The notes under the pieces are model-generated. The model did no database searches, was not told the DNA's origin, and saw only the letters and a list, made by a program, of their open reading frames with translations. A DNA stretch of 64,000 nucleotides, taken from assembly GCF_006345805.1 (NCBI RefSeq), contig NW_021831849.1:235188-299187 (forward strand), given 5' to 3'. Shown here piece after piece: positions 1 to 13,444 of this stretch. The position numbers and the translations under genes are program-made. Position 1 is the first letter of the stretch. Every line of letters begins with the position of its first letter. The stretch is from Octopus sinensis (Eukaryota).

Positions 1-1162
1 TGTTGAAACCTCTGTGATTGAAAATTTTACAGAAAGCCTCAATAGAAAATTAGAACAATATTGTTCAAAAAATATTTTTAATTTGGACGAAACTGGATTG
101 TTTTTTAAACTTTTGTCGAACAGAACATTAGCTGTTGACTCGGACAAAAATCTGTCTAATAAACCGATAAAAGAAAGAGTAACTGTTATGTTTTGCGTTA
201 GTATGATGGGAGAAAAACTTGACCCATTTGTTATTGGAAAAGCCAAAAATCCACGCTGCTTTAAAGGAAGAAGAAATTTAATTAATAATTTACAAGTGGA
301 ATACAAATCAAATAAAAAAGCATGGATGACATATGGTTATTTCTCAGAATGGCTCATAGAATTGAACAAAAAAATGATTTTGCAAAAAAGAAAAATTCTA
401 ATTCTACTTGATAATGCGACTGTACACTCACGTGATTTAGAGTTCAGTAACATCGAACTCTTTTTTTCCCTCCAAATACAACATCGAAGTTACAACCCCT
501 TGATCAAGGAATAATAAAATCAAGACAGGTATAGACAACTCCTATGTGCACACTTGATTGAATTTTATACTAATGATGACAATGTAGATCACGAAAAAGT
601 TACGGAAAAGTTGAAGAAATTCACTCTATTGAATTGTTTGATATTCATAAATCAAGCTTGGTTAGAAGTGTCGGAATTAACAATTACAAATTGTTTCAAG
701 AAAGCATTTGAAAATGCGTTAATACAGAACCTGACAGAAATAGAAGAAATAGATGATGAAAATTTGTTGATTTATGAAAATGATCAAATTGACGACGAAA
801 ACTTTATACAAAACTTTGCGAGAAAACTAAAACAGCAAGACCAAGTTGAAGAGGAAGATGAAAAAATTTATGTTCCGACACTATATGAAGCTAGTGAATA
901 TGCGAAGGCGCTTGAATTATGGTTTCTTGAGAATGATTATGAACAAAGAGGAAAAGTATACGAAATACAAAAAATTTTAAGAAATTATCAAACTAATCAT
1001 TCTCAAAAAATCACCGATTACATGATTAAAATCTCTAAATAATCTTTGTAATTATACTTTAATATTGTTTATTGTTATTTTGATTCCTTTTGTTCACTAT
1101 AGACAATAGTGAACATGATGTTTTGACGTGGACATTTTGTTCATTATAGAGAGGGTTGACTG
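1..1162 (+). mobile_element. Tigger/pogo DNA transposon, 3' part, with frameshifted DDE_1 transposase (ORFs 14-514, 554-1042)
   Basis: Motifs NLDETGLF, KERVT, GKAKNPRCF, KAWMT, LLDNATVH. Right TIR ...AGAGAGGGTTGACTG ends at 1162 and is followed by TA. Confidence 0.9.
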
Positions 1163-1487
1163 TATTATATTTCACTAATTTAGGCCTTAGTGTATACAAC
1201 TTACTATTAAAAAACTCGTGCCTTCGGAGTGAAAATAATTACCATATCTTCCTAGATAGGCAAGTAAGTATATTCCAGAACAAAAATGTTTTATTTACTT
1301 ATTCAGCTTAAAATAGCCCACTAATGTACTAAGGAACCAATTAGTAAACACACTGGTTTAACATTTAAACCATGTACTCGTCTCTGAAGTATATTTAGAC
1401 TGTTTTATAACTGACTAATGACATTATAAGCTGTATTACTGACAACAGTTCCCTACTGGTGTGTACATTACTCAAAAATAGACAAAT

Positions 1488-3089
1488 TCATGCATTCCAC
1501 AACCTAACAAGTCCAAATGTACAATATGTGGCAATTATGTTAAGAAGAGGGTGATGACACAAACCAAGTACTTCTCCATCGTGAATCTACAACTCAGATA
1601 TGAAATCAACCGCTATCGTCCTCTCCAACTTGCCCGTCTTCATTACAAAACAGTAAAGCATCTTGTCCTCCCCCACCGCGTATATAAACTCACTGCGAGG
1701 GGACACAACAGCAGACACAAGCAAGACTCCCTTCTTCCCAGAATTGAACGTTTTGACGACTTGTCCACTCATATCCATCACAAACAATGTACAGGAATGA
1801 TTACACACCCCAAACTGCCCTCCTGAAAGAGGACATAACGACAGCACAGGTGAATCCCCAGACAAACAAAACGTCTTTAAACATTCACAACTGTGGATAT
1901 TCCATATTTTGACAGTACTGTCCGAGGATGCACTGACTATGCAGTCCGAGAAGTACATTGCACAGTTCACATAGGAAGAGTGACCCAACATTTCCTTTAG
2001 CAATGTCCCTGACTTGAGACCGTGGATTCGGATTGATTTATCGTTAGAACTACTCAGCAAATGTCCCCCATCCTTAGAAAATTCCATGGACGTGACTGAT
2101 TGACTGTGGGCATTTTCCAACCGTCGAATACACTGCCCTGTAGAAACCCGCCAAATCCCGATTTGCCCCGTCAAACTTCCGGTGGCCAGAAAATGAGAAT
2201 CTCGGGAAAATGAAAGAGATATAACAGCGTCTTTCATCATTATGAACTCCTCTTTGTCTTGGTAGGGCAAATCCTTCCTCAGCTTCCCAGTAGTGAAATT
2301 CCACACCTCCACAAACCCATCGACTGTCCCCGTCACCAAATATTCTCCATTTGGTGAGAAAACAGCAGTTTTTACATGTGCTTTCTGTCCGAACTAGAAA
2401 TTACAGCAAAATCATCACTTTGATAGTTTTCCCGCTCTGTGTGGGAATAATGTCCTCCCCCTGAGCGTAGACCACAGCCTTAGCTCTGAAGATATCAATA
2501 TTATTGCCAGGGGGGAGCAGTCCCGTCTGTCTCTGCCATTTCAAAGCTTGCCCAATCAGAGACAGCAAACGAGAAGAGGGGACAATTTCTACTTCCTTGG
2601 ATAAAGAATGAGCGATTAAAGTCCTTTTTTTATCCTTACTCTCTCCGTATACTCGGGGATCGAATTTAGGATGGGCCAACATTTCTTCCAGGCGAATGTA
2701 CCTCTCGATTGCTCTTTCTTTTAGGAGTAGTAGAGGATCGGACTGTCGAAGGAGAGATCGAACAGCCCCAAATTCTCTCTGTTCGATAAGCTCGATGGTG
2801 ATTTGTTCGTAGAGGTCCATAAGTTTGTTTTCGGGTAGTTTAAGAGTTTGGACAGTCATGAGTACTTTGTCCCAGTGTCCGTTTATAACATCTGAGGTGA
2901 AGGACTCTATGGAGTCTACAGTGTTTAAATAGACTCCTGACTCTTCCTAAAATGCCATTATGTGATTACTCTGAGGGTTTCGAGAGATTTTAGTAAGTTA
3001 TTTTCCTTCAAATATTGTTCTATCAATCTGATCACACTATTTCTCTATGAAAAAAGTACTCACTCGGTAGACTCCACCTCGACAGCCAT
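1488..3089 (-). CDS. SMU1: WD40 repeat spliceosomal protein SMU1, 5 exons
   Basis: Spliced product MAVEVESTDVIRLIEQYLKEN...LNTVDSIESF...GHWDKVL...RLLSLIGQALKWQ...FGQKAHV...GFVEVWNFTTGKLRKDL...HHPLLNIIATY matches SMU1. Introns 3037-3063 (27 nt), 2947-2969 (23), 2394-2418 (25), 1587-1610 (24). Confidence 0.96.
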
Positions 3090-3328
3090 TGTTGGTCCTT
3101 TATTATTTTTTAAAATTTTATTTAAAAATTAATTGTAAAATCATTAATTAAATTTAATTTCAAAAAATTTAAATCTATTATTTCATCAGAAAGTCATGTT
3201 TCATGAATAGAATGTTAGGGAATGTAGAATACTTAGGATTACCTTTTAAAAAAATTCCATCAAATAGTTTTAAATTATGTTAAAAAATAAATGTTAATAA
3301 ATTATAAACAATTATTATAAAATATTTA

Positions 3329-4177
3329 ATGTCTTTTTTCAAATCTTTAGTGGTAACATTGTGTAATCTCGATATTAGGGTAAAAAAGCCCTAATTGTAG
3401 GAGATGTAGCAACTATTGGACTGACAACTGCTCAATTAATGCTCAACAATGAATGCCGTGTAATTCTTGCAGATTCTCATGAAAAAATTTCTTCCCTACC
3501 TGACCAGTATCGTCTCCCAAATTGCCTATACCACCCACTAAACGTGTTTTATTTCACTTAAATGTAGATTTCCTGTCCACAACAAATTGATAATTTATTT
3601 GAAAAAATAAAAAACGATATCGGCCCTTTGAATTATTTAATAAATTATTCAAATGTAAAAATCATCAAAACTATCCAACAGAATCAAAGTCCGATCGATT
3701 TTACCGCAGACTATATAGTATTACGTAATAATCATACAGAACAACATAACTAGTTCTTATTCATTCATGTCCTCCTTTGCTCGGTCTGCCAAGGATTCAG
3801 AGGCAGACTACGACGGGGAACATGGAGTAATTGTCAATGGAGTGTCCAAGTTTGGAATGAAGGACAGTCTTTCCTTCCAGTGCCTTAGCAGTGCTGTGAG
3901 AGGAATGACTTTGACATTGGCTAGGGAAATGGCACCAATGGCTATCCGAGTTGTCACTGTTGTGTTGGGTTTAGTCGTCAAATATTCTGTAGGGGATTTA
4001 GTGACGGATTCTGAGACTGATTATCTGTTAAGAGCAGTCGATTCTGTCGTGTCTAATGTGTCTTTTCTACAGAACAAAGTGCACTACGAAGATGTTGCTA
4101 ATTGCATTAATTCTATCTTGACTAACAGTATGATTAATGCTACTGAAATTACACTTGAAAATGTTAATAATGCTTAA
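3329..4177 (+). CDS. HSD17B10/MRPP2-like short-chain dehydrogenase fold protein with degenerate catalytic motifs, 5 exons
   Basis: Spliced MSFFKSLVGKKALIVGDVATIGLTTAQLML...GEHGVIVNGVS...FQCLSSAVRGMTLTLAREMAPMAIRVVTV...NSMINATEITLE aligns to HSD17B10 (GQRGVIINTAS...[29 protein letters not shown]). Four GT-AG introns of 22-26 nt restore one frame. Confidence 0.82.
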
Positions 4178-4487
4178 ATAAACGTTTTTGATATTCCAAT
4201 GGTGTTTGTAGAATTTATTAGCGATTTTTGTGAATAAGTTTTAGTTTCAAACTTATAAAATGAAAATGAATGTACAATTTTTGGATAAGGGTGTGACTTT
4301 ATTTTGACTTTTGCGGTTTTTTGAATGCGGAAATCAGTTTTTTATTTTAAACTATAAACTCGGTTTTTCATTTAGTTGAAAAATGTTTTATCGTCTTTTT
4401 TTGGATTTTTCAGATGAATATTTCGCTATATAAAAATATTAATTGAAACAGAACCAAAATTAACATTTTAAATGAAAAATTAAATCC

Positions 4488-5594
4488 TTAATTAATCTTG
4501 TTAATCCCTGTTATTTTTCTTTTTAGATATTTTGGTTTTTTTAATCCCTTCTTGTAAATGTTGGAGTATTTTATCCGATGATTCCATTTCTCGACAAGTT
4601 TCATTTTCTATAAATATAAAGAACTTATTACAACCACTCAAATCTGAAGAATACACACGACTGTCCAAATTTGACTGCTCCTAATAAATTTAAATAAATT
4701 TCTTATACGGGAAACTCACTGAGTCCTTTTCGTAGACCCTCTGAGTAAGCATCGTCCCATAGTTTAAAAAATTCCTCATTCCGGCCAAACTGGGGATGCA
4801 TGTCCCAAGGCTTGGAAGGACCAATAAAGTGGACGACTCTCACCAAACTCCGATTTCTAATATTTGAGATATTTTGATTCGACTGTCTGAGAGCGGGTGA
4901 ATAGCTGTAAATAGAAAGAGCGGGAGTATTGTAGACGAAGGGGATCCTTCGACTATTTGAAAGGGACCAATCTGCGAAAAACGCGTTGAGTAATCCTTGG
5001 TCGGCTCCTAAAATTAATTTTTGATAAAAAACCGTCAAAGCTTCCAAATTCGTTAGCAAAAGACACAAGATTGTGAAATGTTTCCAAAGAGGGTTGAAAA
5101 ACAAAGACTCCGCTGTTGAAGTAATCAGGCCACCCCACATCTGGACACGCACTGAGTTCGTCATATTCGAATAAATCGTCAATATTTTTCAAAATCTATT
5201 TTTGCGGTTTATAACGTGTAAAAACCAAAGTATCTGCATCCATGAACACACATTTTTTGAATTCGGTCAATTTCCAACAAAATATTTTTGAAAATGTGAC
5301 TCCGAGTTCAGGTCTATTAAGTAATCCCAGGTTTTGCTCATCTCCGCTATTGAATTCTTCGATTATGACAATTTTATCAAACAGTATTTTGAGTTTGTTA
5401 CTATTTTTTAATACTTTAGGGATTACGTCATATTTTCAGTTACGTTGTTAGAAATCATTGCGACTATTTGTTTCTGAGTCTGAACGTTTCTGAGAGATTG
5501 AGCGAGGGCTATGCATCCCTTCGCATATGAATCATTGGTGGCGAGGGTAACAAAGGCTTCTAAAATTTTAACTGCGCATGCAATAAAAACCCAT
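4488..5594 (-). CDS. GYG1: Glycogenin (GT8 glycosyltransferase), multi-exon
   Basis: Spliced [16 protein letters not shown]...[10 protein letters not shown]...CVFMDADTL...[15 protein letters not shown]...[12 protein letters not shown]...SIYSYSPA (autoglucosylation Tyr)...[11 protein letters not shown]. The C-terminal exon model is less certain. Confidence 0.93.
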
Positions 5595-7616
5595 TTAATA
5601 TTTGTAGATTATTATGAATATATTAATTGAATCATATTTGATTTAAAAAATTTAAAAAATAATATTTATTTCAAATATATAAATATTTTAAAATTGGTTT
5701 TAATAATCTATTTTCTAGGGTTATTTCTTAATGGTACTTTTTGTTTCACTTGATTATTAAATTGATTGTCCAAGCATATCAGAATTGATCGAAATTCGAT
5801 ACCATCTTCGAATCATTATATATTTATATGGATTATTAGTCTTAATTTTTTACTCATCAATGCCCTAAAACTGTGATATCTTATAAACTTAAGTGAATTT
5901 AATTGTATTTAAAATTCATTTGTTAACCTTGAACTTTAATTAATTTTAATCCTACGCTTAATTTATTGATCTTTAAAAAATATCGCTGCTTTCTCATTTT
6001 TGGAAAAAACATTGAACCTTCTTGTTTTAATTGCAAAACATTTTTGAAATTCAATACTTGCAACCATAAATTTTTCTGACCTAAATTTCCATATTTTTAT
6101 GCCGTCATGCGGAACTAGATTGTCCATTCCGGACACACAAACAAGAAAAAGAATAACAACTAAAGAACCTCCTCTGGCCCTACCTACGATTAGCCAAAAA
6201 TAAAAAATCTTTATTTAAAATAAAATGTGTGTCCCTGCCTGTGTGGAGTCATAAAATACTACGGCTCTGCGGAAAGTGCGGGTTTTTTATAATGTATCTA
6301 TCAACAATCGAAAGTTATAATGGTTACAATCAGTATAAAAATCTAATTAGAGAAATTTATCATAAAATTTGCTCACTAAAGAAAAATTTTTATTCTATTT
6401 TTAATTATGAAAATTTTCTTGATAAACATAGCCAAAATTAAAAATTGATTTTTAACCTAAGAATTCAGTTAATAAATTTATTAAATAATTTTTATTACTT
6501 AAAGAAACACAATCTTTAACATTGAAAAGTTAATTTCTCTAAACCCTTTCATAGCCAAATAGTTCCCTTTCATAATCACCACTAAGTCGGGCTGTCCAAT
6601 TACTGGATAAAAGATCCAATCAAGTAATTTGCCCTAACGGAAAATCAAACATCAATTTTTAGGATTGAAATTATTTGTGTTTTCTATTTAATGTCTTTTG
6701 TAAAATTTTAACCAAAATTGCTTTGGCAGCACTATTCAATCAAAATTTTAATTTTTTAAGCGACCCGGTCTGTAGATTCAAAAAATTGTTTATATTAAAC
6801 CAACTAAAAAATCAATGTATAAATTATTTAGCTAAAATTCAGGGAATTATAAAAGAACATTATCTTTTTTAGTATACAAGTTTAAATTCAGGCTCTATAT
6901 TTCTATTGGAGAAGTTGGAAGTTTCCTCATTTTAGGTTAATATTTAAAATCTATTTTTAATAGAATAATAAACTTATCAATAAATAACAACATTTATCAT
7001 TTTTCTACATGTTTTATTTCATAAGCTCATAATTCTGTCGAATACTTGATATTTAAAATACATTTCAATTAAATAACCTAAACAAATTTCCTAAAATCGT
7101 TTGGATAATTGTCCAGTTTAATTACTTCCTGAAATCTACAGCAAGTGGATTATATCTAAAGACCATTACCATTATTCCTTTCAACTAGTAATCGTCAATT
7201 ACTTGATAGTCAACACATATAAGTTGAGTTGAAACACTCAAAAATAAATTATCGTAAATTTGACAATCACCAGTAGGTCATGTGGCCTATTAATTTCGAG
7301 AATGTCCCCATAAATCAAAAAAAGATGACCCGAATGTTGGAGATGGAATTTTCATAAATTCCATCTGAGACATTAACCAAAACAATAATTATTTGAAAAC
7401 AGAATGGTAATTAAAATTGTCAAAGTCAGCAATAAAGATTATTAGTTTGCAGTGAAGTGGGGGGACTACAAAGGAAATGTCTCGGAAAACAATATAACTG
7501 CCATTATGGATCCTTGAGAACTAATCTAACTTGAATCTTGACATTATTCTGCGCTTAATGTGCGCGAGTTGAAAATACGTTTTAAGAATCTAACGACTAT
7601 TTACTTCAAATCAAAT

Positions 7617-8925
7617 ATGAATTCAAGAATAAACGCTGCTTCTCAATATGACAGTGGATTCTATTGTCAGGGTATCAACTTGTCTGACAAGTTTAGAATA
7701 CGAACAAAATTATTACATTCCTGACAACATCCTCAACTCTTTTTATAGTTTTATTCGTTTTTATGACATTTCATATGGTTTCTCGCTGAATATAACTGCT
7801 TAGATCCTCTCAATTGGAATTCTAGAGATGTAGTATGTTGGTTATCGTGGATTTGCCAAGAACTAGGAATAGAAAATATAGATTTCGAAAATTTCAAATT
7901 TGACGGGAAAACTCTGATCAGACTTAGCAAAGAACAACTTAATTTGATGGTCAATTACCAAGGAATCGAAGCAATCTGGGAATATTTTAGACTGCTAAAA
8001 AGCAGTATCCGTTTTTGTCACTCATTTAGTTGTTATTCAAATCAATCCTTCTAAATTTATTCCCAAAATGGGTTCTCCCGTTGTCCATTGTTGTGTGTCA
8101 TATTTAAAATACTTAGATTATTCTACAAATAGTAGTGATCCTTCCGAAAAATACAATTATATTGACCCCAATTCTTCGAGTTTGTATTCTGAGAAACTGA
8201 ATTTATTTTCAACAGTCGACTCCGAAACCAACAGCTCATACTACCAACAGTTTCACACAAAAACGAATAAACTAAAAAATGTAAGTATTCCTCAATAAGT
8301 ATATGTCTAGTATGACCAGTTTTCAACTCAAATTCAAGCATCAAATCCGTCAAGATTCCAGACATCAATTCGTCTTGGAATGGTTGGTTTATTGACATAA
8401 TAAAACATCATTACATAAATTATATATGTAATGCATGACATATCAATCGACTTGAGAGTAAAACTCAATTAAAGAGTATTTAAAGTGACCGATGCGCTTT
8501 AATCTGCTCTTTTATTTTATTGATATGTTTTTTAACAATTTTATGAGATATTTTATAGGCTGTGGACCAATTCAACTGTGGCAGTTTATTCTGGAGTTGT
8601 TGGTGGATAATAATTATCATAATTATATTTCCTGGACCGGAGTTGAGTGGGAATTCAAAATGTTAGAACCAAATCGAGTTGCCAAATTTTGGGGAATTCG
8701 GAAAAATAAACCAAAAATGAATTACGGAAAATTAAGCAGGGGATTAAGGTATTACTATGACAAAAATATCTTGGTGAAGACATACGGTAAATACAATATA
8801 CCTAAATATGCATAGGTAGAAGATATGTATATCGATTTATTTTTGATTTATCTCCAATTTTAGGCTGCGGTCATACAGAAATATACCAAGTTTATGGAAT
8901 CCTACCGCTTTCATTGAGAGAATAA
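7617..8925 (+). CDS. ETS1/ETS2/Pointed-class transcription factor (PNT/SAM + ETS domain)
   Basis: PNT domain [23 protein letters not shown]...DGKTLIRL...IWEYFRLL (~7804-8004). ETS domain [13 protein letters not shown]...[23 protein letters not shown]|RRYVYRF. Start codon and linker exons are tentative. Confidence 0.9.
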
Positions 8926-9430
8926 TATCTTTTTAATTTTATAAAATTTTATGACGATTTTATAAATAATCATTTACTTTAAATCTTAATCCTCAGTATA
9001 AAAATTGAATTCTCTTTTAAAAATTAATTATTTAAGTCTTGCTTTCCTTTTTATGTTCAATATCGTCAAACATGTCGGATCCCAATCTAACCCGCTTTTG
9101 AAATTTTTTTGCTTAGAGTTAAGAATTCTTTTTTTATTATTTAACCCAAGAATCACCAACAGTTAATTAGAGTACTTAATTAGGTGATTTCAACAATCCT
9201 GAAGAGCTTTTTCAGCTTTTCCCGATGTTGGACTCTAAAACTAACGCAAGTGCGGGACGGGTGGGGAACAGTTTTTGTGAGGAATTGAATCTGGGTGATT
9301 CTAAAAAAACAAATGGGAATTGAATTTTTGTTTAAAAAATTGTGGAACAGACGAGGAACGTAAGGAATTGAATCGGGGTGATGTTTTTCTGGTTGCTAAT
9401 TGACATATGATGATTTTTTGACAGTTGGTC

Positions 9431-9775
9431 TTATTGAATGGCTAAGAAGCCCTTTTCATCTTTCTTAATTAGGTGGTCAAGCGGACTTGGAATAATATTG
9501 TTCAAATTGGAAATTTGCATTATGCTAGCCGCAGCTCGGTATAGTGTAGTCAATTTTAAGACGGTTCGACCATGAGAGATTAATTCCCCATGCAGCGCTG
9601 GCATAGCCAATTGTCGGTTCGATGAATTGTTTGTAGAGAACGGTTTCTTTAGTCCGCTAAATGTCGTTTTGATTAGTCCAATCTTTCTCTGACTGGATCC
9701 GATGGCCTTCTCTAAATGGGCAGTAAAACACATGTGGGTGTCAAAAGTGACCCCCAGAATTTTGGGGGAGAAGCT
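9431..9775 (-). mobile_element. Non-LTR retrotransposon RT 3' fragment (Jockey-like)
   Basis: LGVTFDTHMCFTAHLEK, RT domain 7 region; degenerate. Confidence 0.65.
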
Positions 9776-11285
9776 TTAAAGAAAAAATTCGTTAATTAAT
9801 AAGATAAAATAGAAAAAATATATTTTATTGTTCGTCATGAATACTTTCAATTATGCTTTTCAGCCGAGGAGATTGAATCTGTTCCTGAGAATCAACTGGA
9901 AAAATTCTATCAATAAATTAAATACAGACCCTTTATAAAGACAGTGACTGACAATTTTCATAAAAATCTTTGGATATGACATGCTTTCAGCATCTGTGAT
10001 GTAACTCGAGAAAGATTTAGCTAAAGGACAACACAAATTTTTTAAAAATTTTGCAGAAAAGTTGCGACTTTCCAACGTAAATCGTAACTGCCTGTTTCTT
10101 AATATTAACAAAAAACAAGTTTGGAGTATGAAAATCATTTGAAATATTACAAAGCGAAAACATCACTTCAATGAAATGAATGTAAATCTTCAACAAATCC
10201 AGTTCGCCTAAATAATTTTAAAAAATAGAAAACTGCATGTTATTCTATTCAGGATGCAATAACGGGAACTGCAAGGGATATCTTATTAATGAAAACCTTG
10301 GATTTTCTTCGTATATGTTAAAAACATCTCGAATCCAGCAATGGAGAATTTCCCTTCTTAGGAAGAGCAATTTATTTAACTCGGTTTCATGCAGATTTTG
10401 TTTCGTGAGATTATTTTTAAATGACAATTTAAAAATTTGTCGAGAAATTTTATACTTTGTTTTTAATTCAACCAAATGAGACGTTTTCTTATCAAACGTG
10501 TCGACCAGAACTTTCAATGTTGTTAGATCTTGGATGGTATAACAAGAAAACCATTTTTCAATAATTCTCGGTTTAAACTGATCCGATTTTTGAGAATATT
10601 AATTTTGTTTTGACATTTAAAACTTTCTTTTATTTTTTGTGAATTTTTGTTGTTAAAGTTATTTTCTAATCTATTTAAATATGATTATATATGCAACTCT
10701 GTTAATATCGCATTTCTTTTCATTCGGTTATAAAAATAAGACTTAAAAGAATCGGAAAAACTAAAATATGAACGATATGCTACCTTGACGATTGGTTATT
10801 AGAATTACAAAAATTTCCAGTGGAAAAACATTTTTTACAATAAAATATTTGACTAAATCTTCCACAAAACTTACACTCAAGTTCGTCGTCAATAACATTT
10901 ATGAAGGATTCGTCCATTGATAGGTAATTTTATCTTTTAGTTAGAATGAACTACAAAATATCAACTTGTGTTGTAATCAACCAATAATAAAATTTATTAT
11001 TTATTTTAAATTAGTCAATACAAAAATAAATATTAAAAAAATTCCACAATAGAGACTAGTTACTATTGCCTGAAAGAAACTTTGATAATCAATGATTAAA
11101 AATATTTCGAAATATAAATAACCAAAAAAAGAGATTCAATTTTTTAGATAACAATAAACTCAGTCCAACGAATTGAGATGCACTTAAACAATATTTTTAA
11201 TAAGAAATAAAGTAATTTTTCTACTTTAAAGACGTTTTTGCAGTAAAATTTTAATAGACAAGTTTTAGATAAGTAATTTTTTATT

Positions 11286-11830
11286 TTAATGTAAGTGGTT
11301 GTTAAGTTTCCATGAATAACACTTTACCTGTAAATATTTTAATATAAACCATACTTCATTGCACAACTGAGATATTTTTGACTCGGCTATGCTCAAACGG
11401 TTTAAAAGATCTAATTGTGTTTGAAAATTAAAAGATCGCTCATCTTCTTCGGTCTTAAATTAATTGTTTTTTATTTAAACCTTATTTTTCAAACATAAAT
11501 TTTCATATAAGACACGTTCTAGTATATTTTCGATTATTTTAATATACTTTTTTTACCACGGCACTGGACCAAAGATTGTTTTAGTGCATCAATCATTTTG
11601 TCTTGGTCATCTATAATCTCTAAAAGATGTCGGTTGTCAAAATTTTGATTATCCGCTTTACATATACGATGATATGGAAAATATGGATCTTCACTTGGCA
11701 TTATATGGTGGCCCATTTCCTGAAATATAATCTTTTAAAGTAAAACGTATTTTGTGATTTGTTTTAATTTGTCGTTTTTTCTTCTCAAATTTTTTAATTT
11801 TATGGCCATGAGATCAGCTTCTGAAAACAT
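11286..11830 (-). CDS. Small putative coiled-coil protein of unknown function, 5 exons
   Basis: Four GT-AG introns (27, ~38, 27, 27 nt) join MFSEADLMAIKLKNLRRKNDKLKQITKY|EMGHH...DALKQSLVQCR|ERVLYENLCLKNK|TEEDERSFNFQTQLDLLNRLSIAESKISQLCNE|VKCYSWKLNNHLH* into one frame. The true start may lie upstream. Confidence 0.55.
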
Positions 11831-13444
11831 ATTACGCTATTAGTCAAAAACAATCTTTATATTTTGCGCAAGCCACTGTAGTGCAAAAATATCAATAAAG
11901 TCAACAATTTATTTTAGAGGACAAATATTTAAAATGACGTGGTCATTGAAATTATCAATTAAAAATGAAATTATTTCATATAGTGATGAACTAAATAAGT
12001 TTTTAATTATGGTTATGTTATTCAAGTTATTAAATTGGTTCTAGTTCGTTAAATTATTGTTTATTTTGATATTGATTATAAAAGGAATCGTCATTCAAAC
12101 AATCTGCGTCAGAATTATTTTGAAACAAACTAATAAATCTGATCGTTGTATTTGCTCTTATTTTGGCGAACTCATTAGCCAAAACAGATTGACCTGAATA
12201 AGCTTTGAGCCTTTTGATTTTTTTGATTCCAAAATTTCTGGCTAAGTACAGTTTGGCATCTTTATTGTTTCTTATTCCCCAAATGGAACACAATAAAAGG
12301 AACAAATAAAAACACTGATTCCGACAAGCTTCAAGAGGGTCCTCATCTTTTCCCGATTTTCCTCACGTGAACCCATGCAAGTGGGTCTTGGACGTGTAGC
12401 CTGGTCTCCGTGATTGCATTCTATCTTTTTGTATATAAGTGCAAGAGAGTTTCCATGTTGGTAGGAGCTGAGAACTTTTCTTAGCGCTTCGTGAGTGTGA
12501 AGGCTTTTTTCAGGCTCATCTCGATCTTCATTTTGTTGGTCAAAAATTTGATTTATCTCATACGAACAACAAGCACGGTGTGCAGGTTGTATAAACACCA
12601 AAGAACTGGGTGTTTTTCAAACTTCTAAAGGCCGGAAAGACTTTAGTCTACTTCTCACATTTCGTTAAGACATTGTTCAAGTGGGAAGAGAAGCACATGT
12701 AAGTATCAAACGTAATTCCTAAGATTTTCTGAGTCCGGCAAAATAAAAATTCGTTGTTGTCCAGTTTGGGATTCACTGACTTTTCCAAAATCTTTTTTCC
12801 GAGGTGAAGAGAGAGGTCTCCAACTTTTCTGGACAAGTTGATAGGTGGTTAGCAGTGATCTAGTTGTTTAATATATTCAAATATCGTTGTAGCTTTGATG
12901 AAGGAGCCAGGATGTCTCGATCTTAGTAAGCAATAACGATTATCTTGGCGTAGGAAATCAGGATGTCTTTTTCATTATTCAGTAGATGGAGATCAGCAAT
13001 GAAGAGGTTAAACAGTGCGGGCGAGAGAGGGGAACCTTGCGGAACTCCGTTTGGGAGAAAGCTTGACCTTGTAGTGGATTGTCTTATACAAACACGTCCT
13101 CTTCGACCACTGAGAAAGTCTGATAGCCACAACTTGAGATTGGAAGGAATTTTTGATATGAATATTTTTTAAATGAGGAGTTTTCCTGATACTAAAAATT
13201 TTTTAAGTCAATAGTACAGAGTATGATTTTTTGATGGCCGGTTTTCATGAGAATCCAAGTTGATAAAGTTAGTCAAAGTGAGTAATTGTTTCAGAATAAA
13301 TCTATTTTCTTCAGAGTAAACCTATTTTCTTTAAACCGTGTTGGAAGGACTTTTCGAGGAGATGGCCCTTGATCTTTCAGATTCTTTAGTAGAATCATTG
13401 AGATTTTGTCATGTCAGTTTGAAAGTATGATTTGATTAGTTAAA

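Noticed and set aside
6229-6900. Possible spliced gene between glycogenin and ETS
   Set aside because: Candidate GT-AG segments exist, but I could not build a stop-free frame or find any motif.
1488-8925. Fragmented ORFs read as pseudogenes, or as ciliate-type stop-codon reassignment
   Set aside because: Removing GT-AG micro-introns gives clean standard-code frames ending in TAA or TGA, and the ETS gene indicates an animal.
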